In this document: one piece after another, positions 29,214 through 38,304 of the stretch
Layout: each line of letters starts with the position of its first letter
Position numbering within the stretch: the first letter of the stretch is position 1
Source of the DNA: an uncultured Alphaproteobacteria bacterium
GTDB lineage: Bacteria; Pseudomonadota; Alphaproteobacteria; Rhizobiales; CAWCWK01
NCBI GenBank assembly: GCA_963842125.1
Contig: CAWJFE010000005.1
Span: forward strand, 1,665,356 to 1,729,355
Direction of reading: 5' to 3'
Length of the DNA stretch: 64,000 nt
Notes under the pieces: generated by a model
Database searches by the model: none
Told to the model about the DNA's origin: nothing
What the model saw: the letters and a program-made list of their open reading frames with translations, nothing else
Program-made: the position numbers and the translations under genes

Positions 29214-29321
29214 CTAGAGCCGTTCCAGCGGAGGTGCGATAGCACCGCAGCGTAAGGAACCGCGACGAGTAGAAGCGCTAGAGGGCGTTCGATGAGCGAA
29301 CGTGAGCCGCACGTTCTCTAG
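29214..29321 (+). repeat. 108-nt CTAG-bounded intergenic repeat, copy A
   Basis: Aligns without gaps to the reverse complement of 47984..48091. I counted 85 of 108 identities, with 49 of the first 51. CTAG occurs at both ends and at an internal conserved GCGCTAG. The element fills the whole ldt/P450 convergent spacer, and its last CTAG supplies the P450 TAG stop. Confidence 0.8.
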
Positions 29322-30709
29322 CGCCGGCGCGTCACCTGCATCGGCAGCCCCCCGTCCGGCTGCGTCGTCAGGCGCTGCACGGGCCAGGGGCGTCGGTGGC
29401 GGATGGTATCGAACCGGTTGTGCCGCAGGAGAACGGCAAGCGCGATCACGCCCTCCTTCATCGCGAAGGTCTGCCCGATGCAGACGCGTGGCCCTGCGCC
29501 GAAGGGCAGGTATTGAAAGCGGTCGATCGCCGACCGGTTCTCGGGCCAGAAACGCTCGGGCCGGAAGGCGTTCGGCGCCTCCCAAAGCTGGCGATGGCGG
29601 TGCAGCGTCCAGGGCATGATCTGGATGTTGGTCCCGGGCGTGACGGCGACGTCGCCGAGCCGATCGACCTCCGTCGCTTGCCGCGAGAGCGTCGGCGCAG
29701 GCGGATAGAGCCGCATTGCCTCCTCGAACGCGGCGCGGGTGCGCGGCAGCGCATCGAGCCAGCCATCGGGATCGCCGAGCGTCTCCCAGGCCGCATCGAT
29801 CTCTTCCTCCACGAGATCGCGGTCCCACTCCGATTCGGCGAGGCAATAGAGCGTCCAGGCCAGGGCGCGCGCGGTAGTCTCGTGGCCAGCACCGATGAAG
29901 GTGATGATATTGTCCTCCACCTCGCCGGCCGACAACGAGCCCGCCGCCTCCGCTTCGAGAAGGAGGGTGAGGAAATCCCTCGGCGGCGCATCGCCGGAGG
30001 CCATGCGTGCGCGCCGGCCATCGATGGTCTCGCCGACAATCTCGCGGAAGAAGTCGAGCGTCTTAGCCCCTCGTCGCTTGCCGGGGCGCGGCACCCAGTC
30101 GGGCACGCCGAAGATGTCGAGCGGATCGGTTCTGCCCATCGAGTCGAACAGCGTCTCGATCTCGGCGGCGAAGCGGCCGGGCTCGCCCGCGATCTCGTCG
30201 GAGAACAGCGTCGCGGCGAGGATGTCGTAGGTCAGGGTCGTCATGTCCTGCGCGACGTCGGTGCGACCGCCCTCGCCATAGGCATCCGAGAACGCGAGGC
30301 TGCGGGCCAACATCGGCTCCGTCAGCCGGCGGATGCTGGCGGGCGTGAAGAGCGAGGCCATCGCCTTCCGCGCACGCTTCCAGACATCGCCCTCGGCCGT
30401 CAGCAGCCCGTCCCGCAGGATCGGGCGGAGGATGCGCTGGCGCACCTGGCTGAACGGATAGTTCTCCGCCTTCGTGACGAGCACGTGCCGGATCAGCTTC
30501 GGGTCGTTCACGACGACGGTGCGAATGCCCCACCACGTCGTGTCGAGCACCGGCCGCTCGTAGGACAGGCTGCCCCAGAGTTCGAGCGGATTGCGATAGA
30601 GCGTCTTCAGAAGCTGCACCGTCCCCATCTCGCGCGTCGGCGGCGTCGGGTGGGGCGGTACGAAGGGCGGGATCGTGCGGGCCGGCGGACTGGCGGCGAG
30701 GCTGGGCAT
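29318..30709 (-). CDS. cytochrome P450
   Basis: 463 aa with heme-binding signature FGAGPRVCIG. AGGAGA upstream of the ATG. Lies 61 nt downstream of modC on the same strand. Confidence 0.9.
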   Translation of the reverse strand: MPSLAASPPARTIPPFVPPHPTPPTREMGTVQLLKTLYRNPLELWGSLSYERPVLDTTWWGIRTVVVNDPKLIRHVLVTKAENYPFSQVRQRILRPILRDGLLTAEGDVWKRARKAMASLFTPASIRRLTEPMLARSLAFSDAYGEGGRTDVAQDMTTLTYDILAATLFSDEIAGEPGRFAAEIETLFDSMGRTDPLDIFGVPDWVPRPGKRRGAKTLDFFREIVGETIDGRRARMASGDAPPRDFLTLLLEAEAAGSLSAGEVEDNIITFIGAGHETTARALAWTLYCLAESEWDRDLVEEEIDAAWETLGDPDGWLDALPRTRAAFEEAMRLYPPAPTLSRQATEVDRLGDVAVTPGTNIQIMPWTLHRHRQLWEAPNAFRPERFWPENRSAIDRFQYLPFGAGPRVCIGQTFAMKEGVIALAVLLRHNRFDTIRHRRPWPVQRLTTQPDGGLPMQVTRRR

Positions 30710-30770
30710 GGGCGGCGTCTCCTGTACCAGAGAAGATAGGGGCCGCGACCCATCAGGGCAGTGCGACGCG

Positions 30771-31874
30771 TCAGCCCGTCAGACCGACATCGCGCCCCTC
30801 GACGCCGCTCGCCTTCACGATCGCGAAGCACGGCTCGCCCTCGTGCAAGTCGAGTGCGCGCAGCGATCGCAGAGTGACGCGCGCGAGCAGCCTGTCTTCG
30901 CCGATGGCGAGGCTGATCGATGCGCCGCCCCCTCCTTCGCGGATCTCGACGATGCCCGCAGACAGGACGTTGAGCGCGCTCAGTCCCTCCGGCCGCGACC
31001 GCGAAAGGATCACGTCCTGCGCACTCACCCGGATACGAACGCGCTCGCCGGCCGCAGCCTCGAACTTGGGTAGGAAGACGGTGTCCGACCCGACGCGAAC
31101 CTCCGTTAGCGCGTCGTTCGCATCGTGCCGCGACACGACGCCATGAATGAGCCCGCCTCGATCCCGCGCGCCGAGCCCGAGCGGGGTCCCCGCGTCGGCG
31201 AGCAGTTCCGCCGTCGGCGCGACGCGCACGACGCGGCCCTCGCGCAACAGCACCACGGTCCGCGCCAGTCGCGCGACCTCAGCAACGTCGTGGCTGACAT
31301 AGACGATCGGCAGCTGCGTCTCTCGGGCCAGCCGATCGAGATAGGGGAGCAACTCGTCCTTGCGAGCGCCATCGAGCGCGGCCAGCGGCTCGTCGAGGAG
31401 GAGGATGCGGGGCGCGCAAAGCATCGCCCGCCCGATGGCCACGCGCTGCGCCTCGCCGCCCGAGAGCGTCGCCGGGTAGCGATCGTGGAGATGTGCGATG
31501 CCGAGCGTATCGACGGTACCGTCGAGGTCAGGCACCGCGCCGTGCGCGTAGCGTGCGCCGAAGAGGAGGTTCTGGCGCACGGTCCGATGCGGAAAGAGCC
31601 GGGCGTCCTGAAAGACCATCCCGATACGCCGCTTGTGCAGCGGACGGTTCACGCTGGTTTCGGTGTCGAAGAGGACGTCGCCATCGACAGCGATACGCCC
31701 CGTCTGCACCGTCAGCAGTCCGGCGATGGCTTCGACAACGCTCGTCTTGCCCGAGCCGGACGGACCGAACAGCGCCGTCACGCCCGGCGGCGCCTCGAAC
31801 GCGATGTCGAGCGCGAAGGTGGCGCCGGGGAAGCCGTGCTTCAGGCGGATGTCGAGGCTGGGGCCTTCACTCAT
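30771..31874 (-). CDS. modC: molybdate ABC transporter ATP-binding protein
   Basis: 367 aa with Walker A GPSGSGKTS, signature LSGGEAQRV and a C-terminal Mop/TOBE-like extension. The start overlaps the modB end by 8 nt. Confidence 0.9.
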   Translation of the reverse strand: MSEGPSLDIRLKHGFPGATFALDIAFEAPPGVTALFGPSGSGKTSVVEAIAGLLTVQTGRIAVDGDVLFDTETSVNRPLHKRRIGMVFQDARLFPHRTVRQNLLFGARYAHGAVPDLDGTVDTLGIAHLHDRYPATLSGGEAQRVAIGRAMLCAPRILLLDEPLAALDGARKDELLPYLDRLARETQLPIVYVSHDVAEVARLARTVVLLREGRVVRVAPTAELLADAGTPLGLGARDRGGLIHGVVSRHDANDALTEVRVGSDTVFLPKFEAAAGERVRIRVSAQDVILSRSRPEGLSALNVLSAGIVEIREGGGGASISLAIGEDRLLARVTLRSLRALDLHEGEPCFAIVKASGVEGRDVGLTG

Positions 31875-32565
31875 GTCGGCCTTGCCGCTTCATGCGGTGG
31901 GCGAGCCATTCCGACACGGCCAACGCGCCGACCGCGACGACGACCGAAACGATGACGAGGCGCAGCGCTCCGGCCTCCCCGCCCGGTGTCTGGAGGAGGG
32001 CGTAGATGGCCGAGGGAACGGTCTGCGTCCGGCCGGGAATGCTCGACGCGAAGGTAATCGTCGCGCCGAACTCCCCCATCGCCTTGGCGAAGGCAAGGAC
32101 CGCGCCGGCAAGGATGGAGGGTGCGATGAGCGGCAGCGTCACGCGAACGAAGACCTGCCATCGGTTGGCCCCGAGGGTACCGGCCGCCGCTTCGAGGCGC
32201 GGATCGACGGCTTCGATCCCGAGACGGATGGCGCGCACCATCAGTGGAAACGCCATCACCGCGCCCGCCAATGCGGCCCCGGTCCAGCGAAAGGCGAGGA
32301 CGATGCCAAGCTGCGATTCGAGGAACGCACCGACAATCCCTCGCCGCCCGAAGAAGACGAGGAGAGCATAGCCTGTGACGACGGGCGGTAGGACGAGCGG
32401 CAGGTGTACAGCTGCGTTCAACAGCCCGTGGCCGTAGAAGCGGCCTCTCGCGAGCAGCCATGCGATTCCAATCCCGAACGGCAGACTGACGACGGTCGCG
32501 ACCGTCGCCACCCTCAAGGATAGGGCGACGGCCTGCCATTCCTGCTCGGAGAGCCAGCCGTCCAT
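31867..32565 (-). CDS. modB: molybdate ABC transporter permease
   Basis: 232 aa polytopic ABC permease, located between modA and modC. Confidence 0.9.
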   Translation of the reverse strand: MDGWLSEQEWQAVALSLRVATVATVVSLPFGIGIAWLLARGRFYGHGLLNAAVHLPLVLPPVVTGYALLVFFGRRGIVGAFLESQLGIVLAFRWTGAALAGAVMAFPLMVRAIRLGIEAVDPRLEAAAGTLGANRWQVFVRVTLPLIAPSILAGAVLAFAKAMGEFGATITFASSIPGRTQTVPSAIYALLQTPGGEAGALRLVIVSVVVAVGALAVSEWLAHRMKRQGRHE

Positions 32566-32571
32566 TCCGTG

Positions 32572-33342
32572 TCAGTCCGCAGTCTGGAAGCCTGCGGCTT
32601 CGAAGACCGCCCGCGCTTCCGCGCCGCCAAGATGGCTGTGAAAAGCGCGCCCGGCATCCGATGCGTCGGTGAGGACCGCCATCGGATAGACGATGGGCGG
32701 ATGGGTCTCCGCCGGGAAGGTCCCCACGACGGTGACCTTTGTGCTCGCGGCCGCATCGGTGCCGTAGACGATGCCGTAGGGCACCTCCCCGCGCTCGACG
32801 AAGGTGAGGGCCGCGCGAACGTTCTCCGCCTGCACAACACCGGGCTCGACCATCGACCAGAGGCCGAAGCTCTCCAGCGCGGCCTTGCCGTAGAGACCGG
32901 CCGGCACCGCATCGACGAATGCCATAGCGAGCCAGGGCGCGGTCTCGGCCGCGATCAGCGTTCGAACGTGCTCGGCAGTTAGCAGGACATCGACGGCCAG
33001 TTCGGGCGGGTCGTGAGCTACGAGAACGAGCGTGTTTCGCAGCAGATCACGCCGCGTTCCTGCCTCCACCAAGCCGTCGACGTCTATGACATCCATCCAC
33101 TCGGGGTTCGCCGACATGAAGAGGTCCGCCTCCGCGCCCTGCTGGATCTGGCGCGCCAGGACCGACGTTCCGGCATAGGAGAGGAGGACGCGATGGCCCG
33201 TCTCCTGCTCCCAGTCGCGCGCGATCGCGTCAAGAGAGGACTTTAGCGAAGCGGCGGCGAAGACGGTGACCTCCGCTGCCCTCACCGTCGTCGGCATTGC
33301 CAGGGCGAGGAGACTAGCGAAGAGGACGCCAAGCCGCATCAT
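32572..33342 (-). CDS. modA: molybdate ABC transporter substrate-binding protein
   Basis: Start re-placed at ATG 33342 (MMRLGVLFASLLALAMPTTVRA signal, 256 aa) in an ATGA overlap with the moeB stop. ModA-like AAASLK motif. Confidence 0.9.
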   Translation of the reverse strand: MMRLGVLFASLLALAMPTTVRAAEVTVFAAASLKSSLDAIARDWEQETGHRVLLSYAGTSVLARQIQQGAEADLFMSANPEWMDVIDVDGLVEAGTRRDLLRNTLVLVAHDPPELAVDVLLTAEHVRTLIAAETAPWLAMAFVDAVPAGLYGKAALESFGLWSMVEPGVVQAENVRAALTFVERGEVPYGIVYGTDAAASTKVTVVGTFPAETHPPIVYPMAVLTDASDAGRAFHSHLGGAEARAVFEAAGFQTAD

Positions 33343-34097
33343 GCGGCCCGCCGCCTGTAGGCAATCGTCCGCGAGCGCCAGGAAAGCGTATCCACGATGA
33401 ACAGCCGCCCGACCAGCGTCTGTCCGAGCGCCATTCCGCCTTGTGCGAGAACGAGCTTGATGACCTCCGCCGCCTGCATGGCACCCAGCATTTGCGTCAC
33501 GGCGCCCAGCACGCCGTCTTCGGCGCAGCCTCGCTCCCAAGAGGATGGCGGGTCGGGGTAGAGGGACTGGAAGCACGGATTGTCGTCGCTATAGGGCATG
33601 AACGTCGTCAGATGCCCCTCGAAGCGTGAGACGGCCGCGGAGACGAGCGGACGGTGTGTTCGCTCGCAGGCATCGGCGAGCGCGATCCGGGAGGCGAAGC
33701 TGTCGGTGGCATCCGCGATCACGTCATAGCCGGCGACGAGTTCGTCTGCGTTCTCCGCCTTCAGTCGAAGTCGAAGCGGTTCGATCGCGACATGCGGGTT
33801 GATGCGCCCGAGGCTGCGCGCGGCACTTTCGACCTTGTCGTGGCCGACCGCACCGGTGTCGTGAATGGTCTGGCGTGCTAAGTTGGAGAGCGCGACCCGG
33901 TCGTCGTCGATGATCCCGAGCGTGCCGATGCCGGCTGCCGCGAGGGCCGTCAGACACGGCGAGCCGAGCCCGCCCGCGCCCACGACGAGAACCCGCGACG
34001 CCTTGAGCGCGCGCTGGTGATCTTCGCCAAAACCCGGCAGTACGATCTGGCGCGCATAGCGCTCGCGCTCGCTGTCGGAGAGCGCTGGAAGCTTCAT
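33339..34097 (-). CDS. moeB: molybdopterin-synthase adenylyltransferase (ThiF/MoeB/HesA family)
   Basis: 252 aa with RYARQI and the VVGAGGLGSP nucleotide-binding motif. ATGA overlap with moeA. Confidence 0.85.
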   Translation of the reverse strand: MKLPALSDSERERYARQIVLPGFGEDHQRALKASRVLVVGAGGLGSPCLTALAAAGIGTLGIIDDDRVALSNLARQTIHDTGAVGHDKVESAARSLGRINPHVAIEPLRLRLKAENADELVAGYDVIADATDSFASRIALADACERTHRPLVSAAVSRFEGHLTTFMPYSDDNPCFQSLYPDPPSSWERGCAEDGVLGAVTQMLGAMQAAEVIKLVLAQGGMALGQTLVGRLFIVDTLSWRSRTIAYRRRAA

Positions 34098-35329
34098 GCT
34101 TTCGGCCGAAGAGCGTCCGGCTGCATGGCGAGCGCCGAGACCGTTGCGCCCGCGTCTTCGCCGGCGGCATTCGAACCGCGATGAACGAGAACGGCACCCT
34201 CGACGAAGGGCGTCATCCGCGAGCTATCCTGCGAATCGGCGGGCCAGACGACCAGTTCGCCATCGCCTTCGGCCGTCATCCGGGCCCGCAGGTAGCTCTC
34301 GCGAAACCCGTTCGCCTCGACCGCGAGACCGAGCCGGGCGGGGAACGGCGTCAGCACCCGGTCCGCATCCTGCCCCAGCATTCGCGCTAGCAACGGCACG
34401 AGAAAGAGACGGGAGGTGACGAGGGCGGATGCCGGATTGCCCGGCAGGCCGATGATCCGGGGATGCCCCGCCCGCGTAGCCGACCAGACCGGCTTGCCCG
34501 GCCGCACGGCGACGCCAGCGAAGTCGATCGTGTATCCAGCCGCCATCGCGGCCTCTCTCAGCACGTCGCGATCGCCTACGGAGGCTCCGCCGATGGTGAC
34601 GATGAGATCGGCGTCGCCCTCGAGCGCGTTTCGCAACCTATCGGTTGCGTCATCGAGAACGTCCGGCAGGATAGGCCCGAAGCGCGCCTCGCCGCCCCAG
34701 TCCTCCACAAGCCCCGCGACGCCAAACGCGGCCGAATTGACGACGCCCCGCGTCTCGTCGCCTTCGCCCGGCCAGACGAGCTCATCCCCCGACGCGAGGA
34801 GGAGGACGCGGGGTGCGCGTGCGACCTCGACCGTCGGCCGATCGGCTGCGGCGAGAAGGGCCAGCCGCGCGCCGTGCACCCGCTCGCCTGCCGCCAGCAG
34901 CACATCGCCGGCCGCAAAATCTCCACCGGCGGGGCGAACGTGGTCGGCGTCGCCCTCCAGCAACGTAAGGCGGACGCTATCGCCGTCGCGGACCGCTTGC
35001 TCCTGCACGACGACCCGCGCGCCCTCGGGCACGATGCCGCCGGTATAGATGCGCAGCGTCTCGCTGGCCGCGAGCGCTCGCGGATGCCGCTCGCCGGCCG
35101 GGGCCGTGCCCACGATCGCGAACTCGGCTTCCCCGACCGGAGTGGCATGGGAGACAGCGTAGCCGTCCATCGCCGACATGTCGTGGAGCGGCTGGCGGCG
35201 GCGCGCGACGACGTCCGCCGCCAGCACGCGCCCTCGCGCGAGTTGGATGGGAACGGTCTCCGCCGGCAGAGCCTCGGCGCCCTTCAGCAGGCGTTGGCGC
35301 GCGTCGGAGACGCTCAGCAATCCGCTCAC
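34094..35329 (-). CDS. moeA: molybdopterin molybdotransferase
   Basis: 411 aa with MoeA-type domain order. GTG start in a GTGA overlap with the moaC stop. Confidence 0.9.
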   Translation of the reverse strand: MSGLLSVSDARQRLLKGAEALPAETVPIQLARGRVLAADVVARRRQPLHDMSAMDGYAVSHATPVGEAEFAIVGTAPAGERHPRALAASETLRIYTGGIVPEGARVVVQEQAVRDGDSVRLTLLEGDADHVRPAGGDFAAGDVLLAAGERVHGARLALLAAADRPTVEVARAPRVLLLASGDELVWPGEGDETRGVVNSAAFGVAGLVEDWGGEARFGPILPDVLDDATDRLRNALEGDADLIVTIGGASVGDRDVLREAAMAAGYTIDFAGVAVRPGKPVWSATRAGHPRIIGLPGNPASALVTSRLFLVPLLARMLGQDADRVLTPFPARLGLAVEANGFRESYLRARMTAEGDGELVVWPADSQDSSRMTPFVEGAVLVHRGSNAAGEDAGATVSALAMQPDALRPKA

Positions 35330-35814
35330 GACGCGCCATCTTCCCGCTGCCAGAGACCCGACCGGCCGCCGGCTTTCTCGACCAGTTCGATCGCCTCGAT
35401 CGTCATGCCGCGATCAATGGCCTTCAGCATGTCATAGACGGTGAGGCAGGCTGCGCCCACTGCCGTCATCGCCTCCATCTCAACGCCGGTGCGGCCGAAC
35501 GTCCGTGCCGTCGCGGTCACCACGAGACCGGGAAGGTCGCGATCGGCGACGATGTCGATCTCGACCGCATCGAGCGGTAGCGGATGGCAGAGCGGAATGA
35601 GGTCGGCGGTGCGTTTCGCGCCTTGTATGCCGGCGAGTTCGGCGACGGTGATGACGTCGCCCTTCTTGGCGCGGCGCCCCTCGACGGTCTCGAGCGTCGC
35701 GCCGGTCATGCGGACGCAGCCACGCGCGGTTGCATGGCGCTGCGTCTCGGACTTGGCCGACACGTCGACCATGCGTGCGCGCCCATCGCCGTCGAAATGC
35801 GTCAGTTCGTTCAC
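35326..35814 (-). CDS. moaC: cyclic pyranopterin monophosphate synthase accessory protein MoaC
   Basis: Start re-placed at GTG 35814 (VNELTHFDG..., 162 aa) in a GTGA overlap with the moaB stop. LIPLCHPL motif. Confidence 0.9.
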   Translation of the reverse strand: MNELTHFDGDGRARMVDVSAKSETQRHATARGCVRMTGATLETVEGRRAKKGDVITVAELAGIQGAKRTADLIPLCHPLPLDAVEIDIVADRDLPGLVVTATARTFGRTGVEMEAMTAVGAACLTVYDMLKAIDRGMTIEAIELVEKAGGRSGLWQREDGAS

Positions 35815-36371
35815 GCGCCCTCGCCGAGCCGGGGCATGATCTGAACGAGGTTGCAGGGCCGGTTTCGCGCGTCGAGCTGAGGGGCGATGGCATGATCCCA
35901 GCCGTCCTTCACCGCGCCGGACGACCCGGGCAGGACGAAGACGTAGGTCCTGTTGAGAATGCCGGCCAGCGCGCGCGATTGGATCGTCGAGAGACCGACC
36001 GACTTGTGGCTGACCATGTGGAAGACGACGGAGAAGCCGTCGATCACCTTGTCGAGAAGCGGTGCGATCGCATCGGGCGTCACGTCGCGGCCCGTCAGGC
36101 CCGTGCCGCCCGTCGTGATGATGGCATGCACCCGCGGATCGCTCGCCCACTCGCGAACGCGAGCCTGGATGACCGCGATATCGTCGGTCACCACGTCGCG
36201 GTGCGCGATCCGGTGGCCTGCGGTCTCGGCCCGTTCCGCCAGCGTGCGGCCGGACGTGTCGGTCTCCAGCGTTCGCGTGTCGGAGACGGAGAGGATCGCG
36301 ACGCCGAGCGGTACGAAGCCGTCCTCACGCGGCGGGGGGACCTCGACGGTCTTGGGAGCACTCGTGGACAT
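35811..36371 (-). CDS. moaB: molybdenum cofactor biosynthesis protein B (MoaB/Mog-type)
   Basis: 186 aa with the [11 protein letters not shown] motif. Confidence 0.85.
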   Translation of the reverse strand: MSTSAPKTVEVPPPREDGFVPLGVAILSVSDTRTLETDTSGRTLAERAETAGHRIAHRDVVTDDIAVIQARVREWASDPRVHAIITTGGTGLTGRDVTPDAIAPLLDKVIDGFSVVFHMVSHKSVGLSTIQSRALAGILNRTYVFVLPGSSGAVKDGWDHAIAPQLDARNRPCNLVQIMPRLGEGA

Positions 36372-36386
36372 GGGTCTCGTCTCCCG

Positions 36387-36848
36387 TCAGGCCGCGCCGG
36401 CCCAGCGGTCGGCGTCGGCGTAGTCCTCAGCGCGCGGCTCGATCCAGCGAGCCCCATCGGGCCCGTGCTCGCGTTTCCAGAAAGGCGCGCGGGTCTTGAG
36501 GTCGTCCATCAGACAGTCGGCAGCCTCGAACGCGTCGCGCCGATGCGCAGAGGCGGCGCCTACGAAGACGATGGCCTCCCCCGGCGCCATGACGCCGACC
36601 CGGTGGACGACGTGGAGCGCGCTCAAGCTCCAACGCTCCGCAACCCGCGCCGTCAACCGCTCGATCTCCTTTACCGTAAACGTTGGGTGATGGCGTAGCT
36701 CCAGCCCCTCGACGGCATCGCCCTCACCGCGAACGAGGCCGGTGAACGTGACAATAGCGCCGGCCCCACGACCGGCCACCCTCACCCGCTCCGCTTCCGC
36801 AGCCGGATCGAAGGGCGCTGCACCCACATGCACGCTGACCGCCGTCAT
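36387..36848 (-). CDS. moaE: molybdopterin synthase catalytic subunit MoaE
   Basis: Start re-placed at ATG 36848 (MTAVSVHVG..., 153 aa) in an ATGA overlap with the moaD stop. Confidence 0.85.
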   Translation of the reverse strand: MTAVSVHVGAAPFDPAAEAERVRVAGRGAGAIVTFTGLVRGEGDAVEGLELRHHPTFTVKEIERLTARVAERWSLSALHVVHRVGVMAPGEAIVFVGAASAHRRDAFEAADCLMDDLKTRAPFWKREHGPDGARWIEPRAEDYADADRWAGAA

Positions 36849-37126
36849 CCGCCGCTCATCGGCGACATGAAGGCGACTTCGCGGGCGTTCGAGACATCCG
36901 CATCCCACGCGATCATCTCGTCGTCGGCCATCACCACCACGCCTTTCGCGCAAAGCGCTTCGCCGAGGACAGTATCGCCCTGCCCGAGTTGGTCGGCGAT
37001 ATCGCGTGCGGTCGCGCCATTCGTGAGCGAGACCGTGCGTTCCGGAACGGACACGGCATCCGTCAGCGGCCCCCAAAAGGTGACCCGTACGGTCGTCTCG
37101 ACGGCGGGTTCAGCGGTGATTGTCAT
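36845..37126 (-). CDS. moaD: molybdopterin synthase sulfur-carrier subunit MoaD
   Basis: 93 aa ending in the diagnostic C-terminal Gly-Gly (SPMSGG). Confidence 0.8.
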   Translation of the reverse strand: MTITAEPAVETTVRVTFWGPLTDAVSVPERTVSLTNGATARDIADQLGQGDTVLGEALCAKGVVVMADDEMIAWDADVSNAREVAFMSPMSGG

Positions 37127-37292
37127 CGTTCAGATCCAGAATGTCGTCGGGATCGACATCGACATTAGGCAGCGTGTTGGCCCTCGCCGAGTCGCGGTAG
37201 AGCGGCCGGTCGGATGTCGCCGTTGCGGTGCATGCGGCCAGCAGAAGCGTCGCGCACAGTGCGATTGCGGTCAGGCCGACGACACGGGCCAT
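37110..37292 (-). CDS. small hypothetical lipoprotein (60 aa) embedded in the Moco operon
   Basis: Canonical signal peptide and lipobox MARVVGLTAIALCATLLLAAC, with an acidic C-terminus VDVDPDDILDLNDDNHR. GGGAGG sits inside the moaA 3' end, and the ATG is 4 nt after the moaA stop. The 3' end overlaps the moaD start by 17 nt. Confidence 0.55.
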   Translation of the reverse strand: MARVVGLTAIALCATLLLAACTATATSDRPLYRDSARANTLPNVDVDPDDILDLNDDNHR

Positions 37293-37296
37293 CGCC

Positions 37297-38304
37297 CTAG
37301 CCTCCCGTCACCGACATATGGCGCGGGCTGGCGGGTGCCTGTCCGCGACGTTCCATGACGAAGTCGTGGCCCTTCGGCTTGATACCGATGGCGCGGTCGA
37401 TGGCCGCGTGCAGCGCTTCGTCGCCGACATGGTCGCGCATCGGCGCCCGAAGATCGACGCTCGCCTCCTGACCGAGGCAGAGATAGATGCGGCCGGTGCA
37501 TGTCACCCGCACGCGATTGCAACTTTCGCAGAAATTGTGCGTCAGTGGGGTGATGAAACCGAGCGTGCCGCCCGTCTCCTCGACGCGAACATAGCGGGCC
37601 GGGCCACCGGTGCGCAGCGGCAGGTCCGTCAGCGTCCAGCGCCCGGCGAGGCCGGCGCGGAATTCCGAGAGCGGCGCGTACTGGTCGAAGCGCTCCTCGC
37701 CCGTATCGCCCATCGGCATCGCCTCGATGACCGTCATGTCGTGCCCGCGCCCATGCGCCCAGGCGATGAGGTCGGGTAGGGTGGCGGCATTGTCGTCGGC
37801 TAGGAGGACCGCGTTGAGCTTGACCCTGATCCCCGCCTCGGTCGCCGCATCGAGCCCTTCCATCACCTTGGCGAGGCTCCCGCCGCGCGTGACGCGGGCA
37901 TAGGTATCGGGGTCGAGGCTGTCGATCGAGACGTTGATGCGCTTCACGCCGGCCGAGGCGAGGTCGTCCGCGTATTTCGTCAATTGCGTAGCGTTCGTCG
38001 TCAGCGTCAGCTCGTCTAGCCGGCCGGACTTCAAGTGACGCGAGAGGTCGCGCACGAGGTCCATGATGCCGCGCCGCACCAGCGGCTCGCCACCCGTGAG
38101 CCGCAGCTTGCGCACGCCTCGCATGACGAAGGCGCTCGCCAACCGGTCGAGTTCCTCGAGCGACAGCACCTCCCGCTTCGGCAGGAACGTCATGTCCTCC
38201 GCCATGCAATAGGTGCAGCGCAGGTCGCAGCGGTCGGTGACGGAAAGGCGCAGATAGGTAACGTGCCGCCCGAACGGATCGATCATCGGCGCGCCGACCG
38301 GCAT
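37297..38304 (-). CDS. moaA: GTP 3',8-cyclase MoaA (radical SAM)
   Basis: The track ORF (530 aa) is over-extended. MoaA-like sequence starts at [33 protein letters not shown] (ATG 38304, alternative ATG 38286). CxxxCxxC radical-SAM motif and C-terminal CxxC...C cluster ([11 protein letters not shown]). Confidence 0.9.
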   Translation of the reverse strand: MPVGAPMIDPFGRHVTYLRLSVTDRCDLRCTYCMAEDMTFLPKREVLSLEELDRLASAFVMRGVRKLRLTGGEPLVRRGIMDLVRDLSRHLKSGRLDELTLTTNATQLTKYADDLASAGVKRINVSIDSLDPDTYARVTRGGSLAKVMEGLDAATEAGIRVKLNAVLLADDNAATLPDLIAWAHGRGHDMTVIEAMPMGDTGEERFDQYAPLSEFRAGLAGRWTLTDLPLRTGGPARYVRVEETGGTLGFITPLTHNFCESCNRVRVTCTGRIYLCLGQEASVDLRAPMRDHVGDEALHAAIDRAIGIKPKGHDFVMERRGQAPASPRHMSVTGG

